Part shown: one piece after another, positions 40,480 through 50,292 of the stretch
Layout: every line of letters begins with the position of its first letter
How positions within the stretch are numbered: the stretch's first letter is position 1
IMG/VR virus record: IMGVR_UViG_3300028591_000090
Location: 1 to 64,000 of that record
Reading direction: 5' to 3' (one strand)
DNA: 64,000 nt
Origin: a virus
Lineage: Duplodnaviria > Caudoviricetes
Notes under the pieces: generated by a model
The model's database searches: none
What the model was told of the DNA's origin: nothing
Seen by the model: only the letters and a program-made list of their open reading frames with translations
Made by a program: the position numbers and the translations under genes

Positions 40480-40954
40480 CTGTTATCTTTTTAAATAATT
40501 TCACATCAAAATTTTCAATAGACGTTTTTATTAAATCATAATAAAAAGCGTCCTTCGTTACAACCATATTCTCTATTGTTTTAAGAGAGTGAATTACTGT
40601 TGCGTGATTCTTGTTAAATGACTTACCAATTGCTTTTAGTTGTCGGCAACATACAAATCGCAATATGTAGAAGATAATGCAACGAGCAACAACAACATCT
40701 TTTTCTCTCGTTTCAGACATTACAGATTCTTTCGTTACATTCATTTTTTGACAAACAAAATTAGTAACTTCGTCTGTTGAATAATGATACAAACTCCTAT
40801 CTACATAATAGTCATTTCCTGCAAGTTCACGAATCTGCTTGATGTCATTTTCATCAAGCAGAGTGTAACCTTTTTCTCTATATGCGTGTGCATTTTCTTC
40901 TTTGCACAATACAAAATTTTTAACTTTTTCGTCTTTCTTAATCGCTATATACAT
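40439..40954 (-). CDS. DnaA domain IV-like HTH protein
   Basis: R..DVVVAR.I..YILR......IGK.F.KNHATVIHS. Confidence 0.8.
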   Translation of the reverse strand: MYIAIKKDEKVKNFVLCKEENAHAYREKGYTLLDENDIKQIRELAGNDYYVDRSLYHYSTDEVTNFVCQKMNVTKESVMSETREKDVVVARCIIFYILRFVCCRQLKAIGKSFNKNHATVIHSLKTIENMVVTKDAFYYDLIKTSIENFDVKLFKKITDGYRIKINREVLD

Positions 40955-40979
40955 AATATATAAATTTAAAAATTCAATC

Positions 40980-41318
40980 TTATTTTTTTGCCCAATCTTC
41001 CATGAAATCAACAACGTCCTCTCTTATAAAAAGCATATCTCCGCTTCCGTCTCCCCACCAATCAGAACAATGAGAAAAGAACTCACCTATTATTTTTTTA
41101 TACATAGAACGGAACATTGCAGATATTTTTCGTCCACTAAAATGTCCTGCGTCTTTTGCCTCATTAGTGCAGTACCCATACATACCACGAGTTTCAATTT
41201 TACCATCTATAAGAAATTCTTGATCTCCATCACCCCAAGACCCGAAATTAATCGTATCTTTTAATAATTGTTTTTGCTCATCCGTCAATGTGTCTAAAAG
41301 TTGAACTAATTTTTCCAT
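40980..41318 (-). CDS. hypothetical protein
   Basis: ORF after promoter module nearly identical to 10-78. Confidence 0.75.
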   Translation of the reverse strand: MEKLVQLLDTLTDEQKQLLKDTINFGSWGDGDQEFLIDGKIETRGMYGYCTNEAKDAGHFSGRKISAMFRSMYKKIIGEFFSHCSDWWGDGSGDMLFIREDVVDFMEDWAKK

Positions 41319-41395
41319 AACCTTTAATTTTTAAATGTTTAACTGTGCAAATATAAACATTTATTTTAACATATGCAAATTTTTTAAGAAAAATT

Positions 41396-41875
41396 TTACT
41401 TTACTTGTTCAATTTTTTTGAAAATAATACTTCTGACACCAAATCCTTCTGCCAAACACATCTGCGATAAATGGTAGAAAGCAACACATTTTGCGGCAGC
41501 CAAACCTCTTGCAAGAAAAATAACATTAGCATCTTCAAGTTTAATAATCTGTCCCTCTTCGCCATATATAAATATGTCATAATAAGCAATAAACTTGAAA
41601 TACTTTGACGGGTCCACGTATTCTCCCTTTTCAACTAAATCTGCTCTATCGTGGATAATATCTTCTTCTTTTTTTGAAAATTCAACTTCGACTTTTTCTG
41701 GATTATCAATGAATTTTTGCATTAATTTCTGTTTAATGATTGCCATTACCTCATAATAATCCAATCCTGTACCGGCAATAAGTGCGTTTAATGCCGTGGC
41801 AATTGCTTCTATCTTATAGTTTTGTGATCTCTCACAAACATCTAATACCTTGTCTGCTAATTCTTCCCTTGACAC
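41396..41875 (-). CDS. hypothetical protein
   Basis: ORF. Confidence 0.7.
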   Translation of the reverse strand: MSREELADKVLDVCERSQNYKIEAIATALNALIAGTGLDYYEVMAIIKQKLMQKFIDNPEKVEVEFSKKEEDIIHDRADLVEKGEYVDPSKYFKFIAYYDIFIYGEEGQIIKLEDANVIFLARGLAAAKCVAFYHLSQMCLAEGFGVRSIIFKKIEQVK

Positions 41876-42426
41876 TCTGTTGTTCTTATTTTTTGTACGT
41901 GATAACTAATTTCTTTGATAAACAAATCAAATAAATCTTTCTTATTCTCTATGTCAATAATTTCTTTTAACTCGGAATCTTCTTCCATATTATTAAGAAC
42001 ATAGTTTCGTGTAAATTCTTCTATCTTATCATCTTCTAATCCGTCTGGCATTTTCTCCAATACAAATGTCGCCATAAAAGATAACGTCTTCGCATTGAGA
42101 TTAAGTTGTTCTACATCTTCTTTCATTATATTCATTGCAGAAATGAATTTCCACGCAACAATAACTAATCCAATAACAAAGAATATGTTTACAATTGGAA
42201 TAAATACATTCTTCTGCATATTATCTTCCATTACATCTAATTCTGACGATATGACATCAACAGCCTTTTTCCATTGATTGATTCTTTTCATATCATAACT
42301 ATCATACTTGTTCATTTCATCTAATAGACTATTGAACTTATTATATATAAGTGTTATCAATATTTTAGATATAACCCAACTAATAATAATGCTCGATAAC
42401 CAAAATAAAATTAAACCTTTTCCCAT
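41857..42426 (-). CDS. membrane protein
   Basis: two TM segments. Confidence 0.7.
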   Translation of the reverse strand: MGKGLILFWLSSIIISWVISKILITLIYNKFNSLLDEMNKYDSYDMKRINQWKKAVDVISSELDVMEDNMQKNVFIPIVNIFFVIGLVIVAWKFISAMNIMKEDVEQLNLNAKTLSFMATFVLEKMPDGLEDDKIEEFTRNYVLNNMEEDSELKEIIDIENKKDLFDLFIKEISYHVQKIRTTECQGKN

Positions 42427-42472
42427 ATCTTTTTTTTTTACAAATATAATGAATTATCTCATAACTTCCAAA

Positions 42473-43201
42473 TTATAGAACAAATAATTTTTCTATTGGT
42501 CTATATGTATTTTTGGTCGACATAGCATTTGTTACCTCTTTTTGCCATATGCACTTAAAATCGTCTGGCATTGAATATTCACTCACAAATAGTCTACATC
42601 TATCTTTTATTGAATGACACCAATTATAAAATCTATCGTAATCAAAGTTTGTAGAATTGCCATATTGTTTTGTGTTGCGATATGGGATGTCGCAATAAAC
42701 AACTGCACCGTCTGGAAATTTTACCTTTTCATAATCAGATGAACAGAAAGTTATTCTTTTTGTACTCAACATATCTACTTGACCAAGTGTATTTCTTATT
42801 TGTTCTCCAATATAATCTCTACCATTTACATTGTGACCACTATATCCACCATCATAGAACCTACCATTATAACTTCCCATAAAACCTACCCAACCAATAA
42901 GACCATCACTATACAGATATTGTTCATAATTTTTACCACTACGTGCACAATTATAAGCGTTACGAACTTCTGAATAAAATTCTCTTGTGATTTCTTGTGG
43001 ATATTGTTCACCAGCGAGTATTCCCTCCCACATTGCAATAAGATATTTATTTAAATCGTTTGCAATAATATCTTTTGTGTTTGCCACTTGTGTGACAGAT
43101 AAAGAGCCACAAAACATATCAACAAAAACATCTGTTTCTTTTACGTCCATTACTGCAAGAATATCTTTTGCTATCTTGCGTTTATTACCCATATACTTCA
43201 T
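42473..43201 (-). CDS. D12/Dam-like N6-adenine DNA methyltransferase
   Basis: KYMGNK, DMFCGS, NDLN, YCDIPY. Confidence 0.88.
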   Translation of the reverse strand: MKYMGNKRKIAKDILAVMDVKETDVFVDMFCGSLSVTQVANTKDIIANDLNKYLIAMWEGILAGEQYPQEITREFYSEVRNAYNCARSGKNYEQYLYSDGLIGWVGFMGSYNGRFYDGGYSGHNVNGRDYIGEQIRNTLGQVDMLSTKRITFCSSDYEKVKFPDGAVVYCDIPYRNTKQYGNSTNFDYDRFYNWCHSIKDRCRLFVSEYSMPDDFKCIWQKEVTNAMSTKNTYRPIEKLFVL

Positions 43202-43205
43202 ATTT

Positions 43206-43769
43206 CTAAAATTTTATCTCTGATAATTCAGTTTTCTTTTTATCAAGTCTCTGCTTAACGTAATCGTCATATTTTATAAACCACTCGTTTATCATTTTCT
43301 TTACATCATCAAGTGAACTAACAACATGGAACGTCGTCAAGCCTTCATAAATTCTATTCATATCCAAAGTGATGCATGATGTGTTTAACGTATTCTTATC
43401 AATGTTAAAACTGATAAAATCATCTTTTTTCTTCTTTGTGATTATAAAAGACTTATCAAAGTAAATTTCAGCATTACCTCGGATTTGAGATAAATAACTA
43501 TATATATCATACTCATCATCATCATCATCATTGATATTAATGCTGTATTTTCTAGGCTTGCCAATATCAAATAATGTAATGTCGTTTTCTATTCCACAGT
43601 TATGTTGTTGAATCAATAAATATGCTCCGTCGTCAATTGATTTCTGTACGGGTTCAAATGCACGCATTACAACATCTTTTTTAAGTTTAATTAATTCAGA
43701 AGAAGCAGTTTGCGTTTTTTTTTGAAATTCCTCAACCTCTTTTATTTTTTGCTCTATAATATTTTCCAT
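43206..43769 (-). CDS. hypothetical protein
   Basis: ORF after promoter. Confidence 0.7.
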   Translation of the reverse strand: MENIIEQKIKEVEEFQKKTQTASSELIKLKKDVVMRAFEPVQKSIDDGAYLLIQQHNCGIENDITLFDIGKPRKYSININDDDDDEYDIYSYLSQIRGNAEIYFDKSFIITKKKKDDFISFNIDKNTLNTSCITLDMNRIYEGLTTFHVVSSLDDVKKMINEWFIKYDDYVKQRLDKKKTELSEIKF

Positions 43770-43831
43770 AATTTTTATCGTTTAAATTTAACAATGCAAA
43801 TATAAATATATTTTTTAACAAATGCAAATAT

Positions 43832-45388
43832 TTACAATATAATTTTTTCTGTTGTTATTTCATAATTTTGTTTCTTGTATATTTCTTCTCGTGAATCATA
43901 TTGTTTTTGCGTATGCTTATATGCATTATCAACAAAATCAATAATGGTTACTGCCTTTTTATTTTTAAAATTTCTTAAACCTCTACCAATAGATTGACCA
44001 ATAAGAATAGGCGACTTGTACGATTCTGCAAAAACAATATAGTGAACATTCTTTAAGTCAATACCAGTTGAGAAAGTACCAAAAGAAGCAACAAGATTCA
44101 TATCACTTTTTTCTATTTCTTTTATATATAAACTTCTTTCAAGATTATTTGTACCACCAAAGATATATTTTGTTGGTTTATATTCATTCATTTTTTCTGC
44201 AAGTCTTTTACCAAACTCACCTTTGACATCGTTAAACAATACCAACACGTTCTTCTTTAGTGAACTCACATATTTAACTATTGCATCTGTACGTTGTTCG
44301 TCAGAAGTTATCATATCTCTTTCTAACTTATACAATGCTTTAAAATACTCCAACTCTTCTTGAGAACCTTTACTTGGTCTATTATTATAAAATTCCAAGT
44401 ATTCATTAAATTCTCCACTATTGATTCTTTTAGCATAATCAATTACTACCTTACGTATCTTTACCGTTGGTGCAAAACCATCTTCTATTAAATTTTTAGG
44501 ATTATAGATAAAAGTAATTGGTCCAAGCATTGATAAATTTTCATAATAATCTGCATAGCCAGTACCAACCATTATCGTTCCAGACAATCCAAAACGATAA
44601 CTTAATGGCATAGATAAACGAATAGCACGTTTTATCGAGTCTGTTTTTGCAGTATGTGCTTCATCTACATTTATTACTCTTATACGTTTAAATATATCAT
44701 TTTGAAGCGTATTAAGACTTTGAAATGTTGAAATAATCACTTCTGATTCATTAAAAGTTTTTTCGTCATATTTATAGTCTCCTCCAATACCCATAACTTT
44801 TAATGGATATTTTTCATTATAATAATCAACAGTAAACTTTTCAATTGTTTGTCCAACCAAATCTTTACGTGGAACAATCATTAAAAATTTCTTCTCTACA
44901 GAAATATTACCCATTTTCTTTAAGTATTGAGCAACAGAATATGATATAAGTGTTTTTCCTGCTGCTGTTGATACTTGTTGTGCAGAATATCTATATTTAA
45001 GTATCTTAAAAATTGATTCATACTGATACCAACGAATTTTTATCTCTGGTTCTACGCCAATAAAAAGATTATCAACAAAAGCAGATATATCTTCCAATGT
45101 AATAGCATTGTTAATAAAATGTTCCATACCTTTGATTTCCAACTCGAATCCTCTATCAGTACAATATTTTTCTAATTCTCCCCACAATCCTATAGGTAAA
45201 CAATTTCTCACAAAAAAACTTGTACACCCATCGGAATATCCATTACGTACAGCAGGCTCCATATATGCATTCTTTCTTTTCTTCCTAAAAAATGTCTGCA
45301 TATTATAATATTCAATTTCAGATGGGGCAAATAAACACTCTATAAAGTGTAAATTATTCTGTATTTGAAAAACAAATTTATTAAACAT
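43832..45388 (-). CDS. uvsW: UvsW-like SF2 helicase
   Basis: TAAGKT, DEAH, GLSGT, FSTGID, QSIGRGLR. Confidence 0.92.
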   Translation of the reverse strand: MFNKFVFQIQNNLHFIECLFAPSEIEYYNMQTFFRKKRKNAYMEPAVRNGYSDGCTSFFVRNCLPIGLWGELEKYCTDRGFELEIKGMEHFINNAITLEDISAFVDNLFIGVEPEIKIRWYQYESIFKILKYRYSAQQVSTAAGKTLISYSVAQYLKKMGNISVEKKFLMIVPRKDLVGQTIEKFTVDYYNEKYPLKVMGIGGDYKYDEKTFNESEVIISTFQSLNTLQNDIFKRIRVINVDEAHTAKTDSIKRAIRLSMPLSYRFGLSGTIMVGTGYADYYENLSMLGPITFIYNPKNLIEDGFAPTVKIRKVVIDYAKRINSGEFNEYLEFYNNRPSKGSQEELEYFKALYKLERDMITSDEQRTDAIVKYVSSLKKNVLVLFNDVKGEFGKRLAEKMNEYKPTKYIFGGTNNLERSLYIKEIEKSDMNLVASFGTFSTGIDLKNVHYIVFAESYKSPILIGQSIGRGLRNFKNKKAVTIIDFVDNAYKHTQKQYDSREEIYKKQNYEITTEKIIL

Positions 45389-45393
45389 AATAT

Positions 45394-45654
45394 CTAAATA
45401 TTACCCAAAGATATTTTTTCTCTTGTTAAAGATTTTATATCTTCTAATTTAACTTTATATACAAAGGTAACATTACTATACCCAGGAGATGGTCGTTCAA
45501 ATTTTAGATATGGTACATTATCTTTATCACAAAACCCATAACAAAATTTTGCATTCTCCATTGTAAACAATAAAATATGTTTACCCTCTTTCATTTCGAT
45601 AGTAAAATACTCGCCCTCTCTCGGACATATCCATCTAAACTCTTGTAACGTCAT
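45394..45654 (-). CDS. hypothetical protein
   Basis: packed ORF. Confidence 0.6.
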   Translation of the reverse strand: MTLQEFRWICPREGEYFTIEMKEGKHILLFTMENAKFCYGFCDKDNVPYLKFERPSPGYSNVTFVYKVKLEDIKSLTREKISLGNI

Positions 45655-45659
45655 ATCTA

Positions 45660-46136
45660 TTAACAGTCTAATTGTTTTTGTACCTCTACACGATTCTTCA
45701 TATTGTAAATAATACCGTCTAATGTTTTACGGCTTTCATCAAGAAAATTAATATGATTGTTAAACAAATCCAAAAACAACTTTGTTTGTGCAACATTAGT
45801 GTTTCCGTCAATCAATATCATTTTCTCTTGCGAAGACTTAAAATTAAAATTAGAAGAAGCCTCATTAACAATACCACTCAATACCGAAGATTTATATATT
45901 TCCAATGAATTTTGAAATACTATCATCCTATTCATATATTTGTGAATAGAAGATATGATTTGTTGTCTCTTTGAATGAAAAAACAACTCACAATTAATAT
46001 ATTCCTTTATGTCTGCCATACGGTGAATATATTCTTCTATCTCTTTCGTTATCTTTGCTTCTTCATCTTCAAACTTCTTGTGAAACTCTTCAAAGTTCAA
46101 ACTCGTTACATTAATTACTTGTGCCATATTACCCAA
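45660..46136 (-). CDS. uvsY: UvsY-like recombination mediator
   Basis: helical ~155 aa next to uvsW; KTLDGIIYNMKNRVE tail. Confidence 0.5.
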   Translation of the reverse strand: MGNMAQVINVTSLNFEEFHKKFEDEEAKITKEIEEYIHRMADIKEYINCELFFHSKRQQIISSIHKYMNRMIVFQNSLEIYKSSVLSGIVNEASSNFNFKSSQEKMILIDGNTNVAQTKLFLDLFNNHINFLDESRKTLDGIIYNMKNRVEVQKQLDC

Positions 46137-46482
46137 TATTATTATTTTTACATATAATCAAACAAAGTTCATCATTATCTTTTATATCTTTGAAACGCAA
46201 AGATAAATCATTTTTTATAATATCCAAATTTTCAGTACTTATTTTTGAATGAGAATCCAAATCTTTATACATCACTTTATCTGTATCTATTATCTTAAAT
46301 AATCCCAACGGAACTATTTCTATTTTGTCTTTTTCTTCACAATCTGGACAATAATTCTCATAATGTAAATGAATATAATCACCAGTCTTGTAATTGTCTT
46401 TCTTATCAACAAAAACAATAAATTCTTGTCCTAAAAAGACATAACAGAAATTTCTTACATTTAATTTAGTACACCCTCGCAT
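46129..46482 (-). CDS. hypothetical protein
   Basis: packed ORF. Confidence 0.55.
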   Translation of the reverse strand: MRGCTKLNVRNFCYVFLGQEFIVFVDKKDNYKTGDYIHLHYENYCPDCEEKDKIEIVPLGLFKIIDTDKVMYKDLDSHSKISTENLDIIKNDLSLRFKDIKDNDELCLIICKNNNIG

Positions 46483-47020
46483 GAATCTCTTTCATTAAAT
46501 TATTTCTAAAACGCATACATTGAACTTTAATGGTATCAACTTTTTTATCCGTCTCCAATGATATATCTTTTAATGATTTACCGTTAATGTAATACTCAAT
46601 AAAAGAATTCTTGTTTATATTATCATTTAGGTTATAAATTATATCCTCAACACGAATATGTATATCATTTGCAGACGGCTCTCTATATATCTTATCTTCT
46701 ACATCTATACTATATGTCTTAATACTTTTCTTTTGCTTTTGCAATTTAGTACAGCATACAGAATTGATTATAGTATTCAACCACGTTCTAAATACCTTCT
46801 CTTCTTTTCCTACACCCTTGAAATTCTTTACACTATACAACAACTTAATAAATACCTCTTGTGCCATATCTTCCGAATCTTCGACATTCTTTGTATAGGA
46901 ATAACATTTCCATTTAATGTATTCATTATACAATCGAAAATATTTATTAACAGTTTTATTATCTTGTTCTACCAAACCCTTATACTCTTCCTGCGTCATC
47001 TTTAATGTATTTAATCCCAT
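46466..47020 (-). CDS. ECF-type sigma-70 factor
   Basis: DSEDMAQEVFIKL, FRTWL..I..; region 4 HTH. Confidence 0.82.
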   Translation of the reverse strand: MGLNTLKMTQEEYKGLVEQDNKTVNKYFRLYNEYIKWKCYSYTKNVEDSEDMAQEVFIKLLYSVKNFKGVGKEEKVFRTWLNTIINSVCCTKLQKQKKSIKTYSIDVEDKIYREPSANDIHIRVEDIIYNLNDNINKNSFIEYYINGKSLKDISLETDKKVDTIKVQCMRFRNNLMKEIHARVY

Positions 47021-47495
47021 TTACCCAACCATACTCAAGTGCATCTTGCACAACCTTACGGAAGTCATTATCCATTTTCAAAATAATATCAGCATTGGTT
47101 GTTGTAAACTCTTTTTTCATATTATTAAGAGCGTCCATTTCTCCTAAAAGATTGTCTGCATTGTCTATTATGTTTGCAATGTGTTGTGTTTTATCACTAA
47201 ATTTTAACGATCCATTCTTACACAACTCAATTGCTTTCTCTATCATTGCAGTTTGTGTTTTCAATACGGTATCATATTGATTTTCTTTGTCAAAAAAGAT
47301 TACATTAAAAAATTTATCATACACAACAAAACCATAATTAACCCTATTCTTTATGTCTCTTTTTTCAGTTAATTTCATATATATACCCAATCGCTTTCTT
47401 AAAAAAGCAAGAATAGACGATACATTATTGTCTTTCTCATTGAAATCTGGAAATAATTCTTTTATTTCCTTAATCAAATCTTCACTTATAACCAT
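46980..47495 (-). CDS. hypothetical protein
   Basis: ORF after promoter. Confidence 0.7.
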   Translation of the reverse strand: MVISEDLIKEIKELFPDFNEKDNNVSSILAFLRKRLGIYMKLTEKRDIKNRVNYGFVVYDKFFNVIFFDKENQYDTVLKTQTAMIEKAIELCKNGSLKFSDKTQHIANIIDNADNLLGEMDALNNMKKEFTTTNADIILKMDNDFRKVVQDALEYGWVNGIKYIKDDAGRV

Positions 47496-47539
47496 ATCTT
47501 TATTTTTTTGCAAATATAAAATAAAAATATGAGAAAAAC

Positions 47540-47576
47540 AAAAAAAAGGAGAAACTTTTTAAACAATTCCTCCTCT
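47540..47576 (-). terminator. terminator of RNA operon
   Basis: aggaggaatt/agtttctcct plus T8 on - strand. Confidence 0.6.
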
Positions 47577-47729
47577 ATCTCTTCTTGACTTATCGTCAAG
47601 TAACGCTAAACATAACGCTATCGCATCTGATTGTGATAATTTCTTATTACCAACCTGACAACGTACATTAACAACAATATTTTCCAAATGTTCTTTTGGC
47701 ACGGGAAAAAGATTATTTTATGCTTTTTG

Positions 47730-47805
47730 TGTGTTAGGTTGGATTCGAACCAACGACCTTCTGCTCCACAAACAGACGTTCTAAACCAACTGAACTACTA
47801 ACACC
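47730..47805 (-). tRNA. tRNA-His(GTG)
   Basis: cloverleaf, G-1. Confidence 0.9.
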
Positions 47806-47810
47806 ATGTG

Positions 47811-47884
47811 TTGTTGCGAAGGGACTCGAACCCCTAACGTCCAGAATCAAAATCTGGCATTCTAACCAGTTGAATTACGCAACA
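47811..47884 (-). tRNA. tRNA-Gln(TTG)
   Basis: cloverleaf. Confidence 0.9.
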
Positions 47885-48033
47885 ATAAAAACGGCTTCAC
47901 GTACCGTTTTGTGGGCTTCAATTAGAATACCACGGAAGTTCATGGTGTGTGTGCACCTAACTTCTCTCACCATAAATCCACACAATTAGTGAGACCTAAA
48001 TCATATAATGCTCCAAATAAGGAGACTTCTTTG

Positions 48034-48107
48034 TGGGAACGGAGAGATTCGAACTCTCACTACATAGATTCTAAGTCTATTGCCTCTACCAATTGGGCTA
48101 CGTTCCC
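48034..48107 (-). tRNA. tRNA-Leu(TAG), short variable loop
   Basis: cloverleaf. Confidence 0.88.
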
Positions 48108-48166
48108 ATGTGCCCCATACGGAATCCTCACGCTGGGGCTATGATGACAAGCGTTTTTTATTTAGG

Positions 48167-48248
48167 TGCTTTGAGACAAGTTGGGACTCGAACCCAAATC
48201 CGAGGTTTTATTTTAGACCCCGTGTCTTAACCATTAGACGACAAGCAT
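48167..48248 (-). pseudogene. aberrant tRNA (10-nt anticodon loop, broken acceptor)
   Basis: intact D and T arms. Confidence 0.6.
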
Positions 48249-48263
48249 GAAACACATAAATTG

Positions 48264-48335
48264 TGTTCCGAAAAGGAATCGAACCTTTATTGTCTGCTTA
48301 GAAGGAAGATGTTCTATCCATTGAACTATCGGAAC
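48264..48335 (-). tRNA. tRNA-Arg(TCT)
   Basis: cloverleaf. Confidence 0.88.
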
Positions 48336-48339
48336 TTTT

Positions 48340-48562
48340 GCACACCTAACAGCACTCCTATGGAATTACCCAATGGTCTGTTGCCTTTACTGGCTCAGGG
48401 ACTCTGGTTTGTGTGCTCTACTATAGTCCCTTTTTCGTTAAAATTTGGACGCCTGAAGATGCTTCCCTGCGTGGATACTCACGTCCTCGTTCTTACTTCG
48501 CTACTCACGCTTTTAGTCGACATATTAAACGCTTTTGCTTTTCTGACTCAGTTCATTGCTAG
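48340..48562 (-). ncRNA. unassigned structured RNA ~220 nt
   Basis: GC-richer spacer; ggacg/cgtcc, agggact/agtccct, closing stem. Confidence 0.5.
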
Positions 48563-48564
48563 TG

Positions 48565-48639
48565 TCGTGCATAGGGGATTTGAACCCACTAATTTCTTCC
48601 TTGAAGGGGAAGCGACTTAACCAATTCGTCTAATGCACG
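48565..48639 (-). tRNA. tRNA-Glu(TTC), C33
   Basis: cloverleaf, loop CCTTCAA. Confidence 0.78.
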
Positions 48640-49443
48640 TTTTTTTAATTTATTATAAATCATTCCTTTACCAGCACAACTTCGTGAACAATAAAATGTT
48701 CCAGTTCTAAATTTACCATGTCTATAAAATAATTTACCACAAAAAGCACATTCATAATTATTATCATAACTATTATCATATAGTTCTTCTAAATGTTTTA
48801 CATTATATTTGTCTTTGCAATAATTTATATAAAATAACATATCATCATAATATAAAACTTTAGAATTTTCTGGTAAATGTTTTAATTTTTCTTCTGTTAT
48901 ATTTGTTTTAAAACCTTTTATTTCATATATTATACCATCTATTTCAAAATCTGGATTATAAAAATGTTTTTCTCCATCAAATTCATATTCTAATTTTTTA
49001 TCACATCTTTTTATGTTTGAATTGTTATCAAGATGATAAATAAGAAATGCAAGTTCCCAAGTAGAATCTAAAAAGAAACCTTTATAAAAACCTTTATGTC
49101 CTCTACCACTACCTTTTCTATATCCTCCATACTTAACATTTTCTTTCAACCATTTTTCTTTACATTCTTCTGAACAATATTTAGAATTTCTCTTTCTTAA
49201 ATCAAATTCAGTACTGCAATATTTACATTTTTTAATTTTTGGTATTTTGGCTTTTTCTCTTCTAATTTCGTTATTAAAAGGGACCCATTTACCACCATGC
49301 ATTAAAGTGTAACCAATTTTCTTTTTTGTTTCTTCTGAATGGTGTCGTGTATTTGCACAACTTTTAGAACAAAATCTTCCAGAACCATAATTCCCATTAT
49401 GTTCTTTTCCACAATTTTCACAAATAAAAATTTGATTTTCCAT
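48589..49443 (-). CDS. free-standing PD-(D/E)XK homing-endonuclease-like protein with Zn fingers and NUMOD3
   Basis: STWE...YNPDF...EIKG; HSEETKKKI; CxxC...FCSxSC. Confidence 0.8.
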   Translation of the reverse strand: MENQIFICENCGKEHNGNYGSGRFCSKSCANTRHHSEETKKKIGYTLMHGGKWVPFNNEIRREKAKIPKIKKCKYCSTEFDLRKRNSKYCSEECKEKWLKENVKYGGYRKGSGRGHKGFYKGFFLDSTWELAFLIYHLDNNSNIKRCDKKLEYEFDGEKHFYNPDFEIDGIIYEIKGFKTNITEEKLKHLPENSKVLYYDDMLFYINYCKDKYNVKHLEELYDNSYDNNYECAFCGKLFYRHGKFRTGTFYCSRSCAGKGMIYNKLKKRALDELVKSLPLQGRN

Positions 49444-49580
49444 AATTATTTTTATCTTTTTTTATAGGTTATTGGTAGTAACCTTTATTTTATTTAGTTT
49501 TAAAAAATAGTAGTTAGATAAAACTATGGATAATTTTATCAATTGGCTACCAACCAGATGTCCTACTATTTTTATAGTTT

Positions 49581-49663
49581 ATGCTTGTGTATGATAGGCT
49601 TCGAACCATATGCCTCTCTATCTCTATAGATTGTTCTGCCATATTAAACTACAACACAAGCAT
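49581..49663 (-). pseudogene. aberrant tRNA-like RNA
   Basis: extended acceptor, T-loop, no proper anticodon loop. Confidence 0.55.
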
Positions 49664-49783
49664 TTCGTTTTACTAAAAACTCTACGACTTTGCAAAACTA
49701 CTCCGTGGAAAACGATACACGTTTCATTTACTTAAACCATCCATTGAGACCGGATGCAGTCTCATTTAAGCGTGTGAATTTTG

Positions 49784-49860
49784 CGGTGACAGTAGGATTC
49801 GAACCTACGACCCAGGGATTAACAGTCCCTTGCTCTAAAAACCAACTGAGCTATGTCACC
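49784..49860 (-). tRNA. tRNA-Asn(GTT)
   Basis: cloverleaf. Confidence 0.92.
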
Positions 49861-49864
49861 ATAA

Positions 49865-49937
49865 TATTTAAGTTTGGAATCGAACCAAAGCCTTTCTCAA
49901 TACATGGAGAAGATGCAGACCACTACACTACTTAAAC
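49865..49937 (-). pseudogene. aberrant tRNA (8-nt anticodon loop CATGTATT)
   Basis: acceptor, D and T arms intact. Confidence 0.6.
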
Positions 49938-49938
49938 G

Positions 49939-50012
49939 TGGACCAGACTGGGCTTGAACCAGTGACCTCCTGATTATGAGTCAGTTGCTCTGACCAACTG
50001 AGCTACAGGTCC
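49939..50012 (-). tRNA. tRNA-Ile2/Met(CAT)
   Basis: cloverleaf. Confidence 0.88.
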
Positions 50013-50031
50013 AAAAAAAGTGGTAGAAGGA

Positions 50032-50142
50032 ATAGTTTCAAATCCATAGAAAAACATGGAAATTGTTTATAATTTAATAATTACTGGGTGAACTACTACA
50101 CCCTCTATCCCATTGTTGAAAACTTTTGAGAATACTTTTCTA
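50032..50142 (-). ncRNA. orphan tnpB right-end / omegaRNA-like copy
   Basis: near-identical to 61907-62017. Confidence 0.75.
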
Positions 50143-50159
50143 ATTAATAACTACCACTT

Positions 50160-50286
50160 AAATCTTCGCCGTGCTGACCTTACACCTATGATTGCTACTC
50201 TTACACATATTAGTTGTACACCTAAATATGTGATATGGTGCACCGTTTCACAACCACGCAGACTCGAACTGCACCTGCGACATGCT
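50160..50286 (-). ncRNA. YrlA-type Y RNA (permuted tRNA mimic)
   Basis: order T arm, closed acceptor, D arm; 3' GGCGAAG motif. Confidence 0.7.
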
Positions 50287-50292
50287 TTTTTG

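Noticed and set aside
48110-48141. Possible extra tRNA (GCCCCA/TGGGGC)
   Set aside because: Only a ~30-nt acceptor-like hairpin remnant
50160-50286. Permuted or split tRNA, or two-piece tmRNA
   Set aside because: No anticodon or tag ORF; the YrlA architecture explains it better
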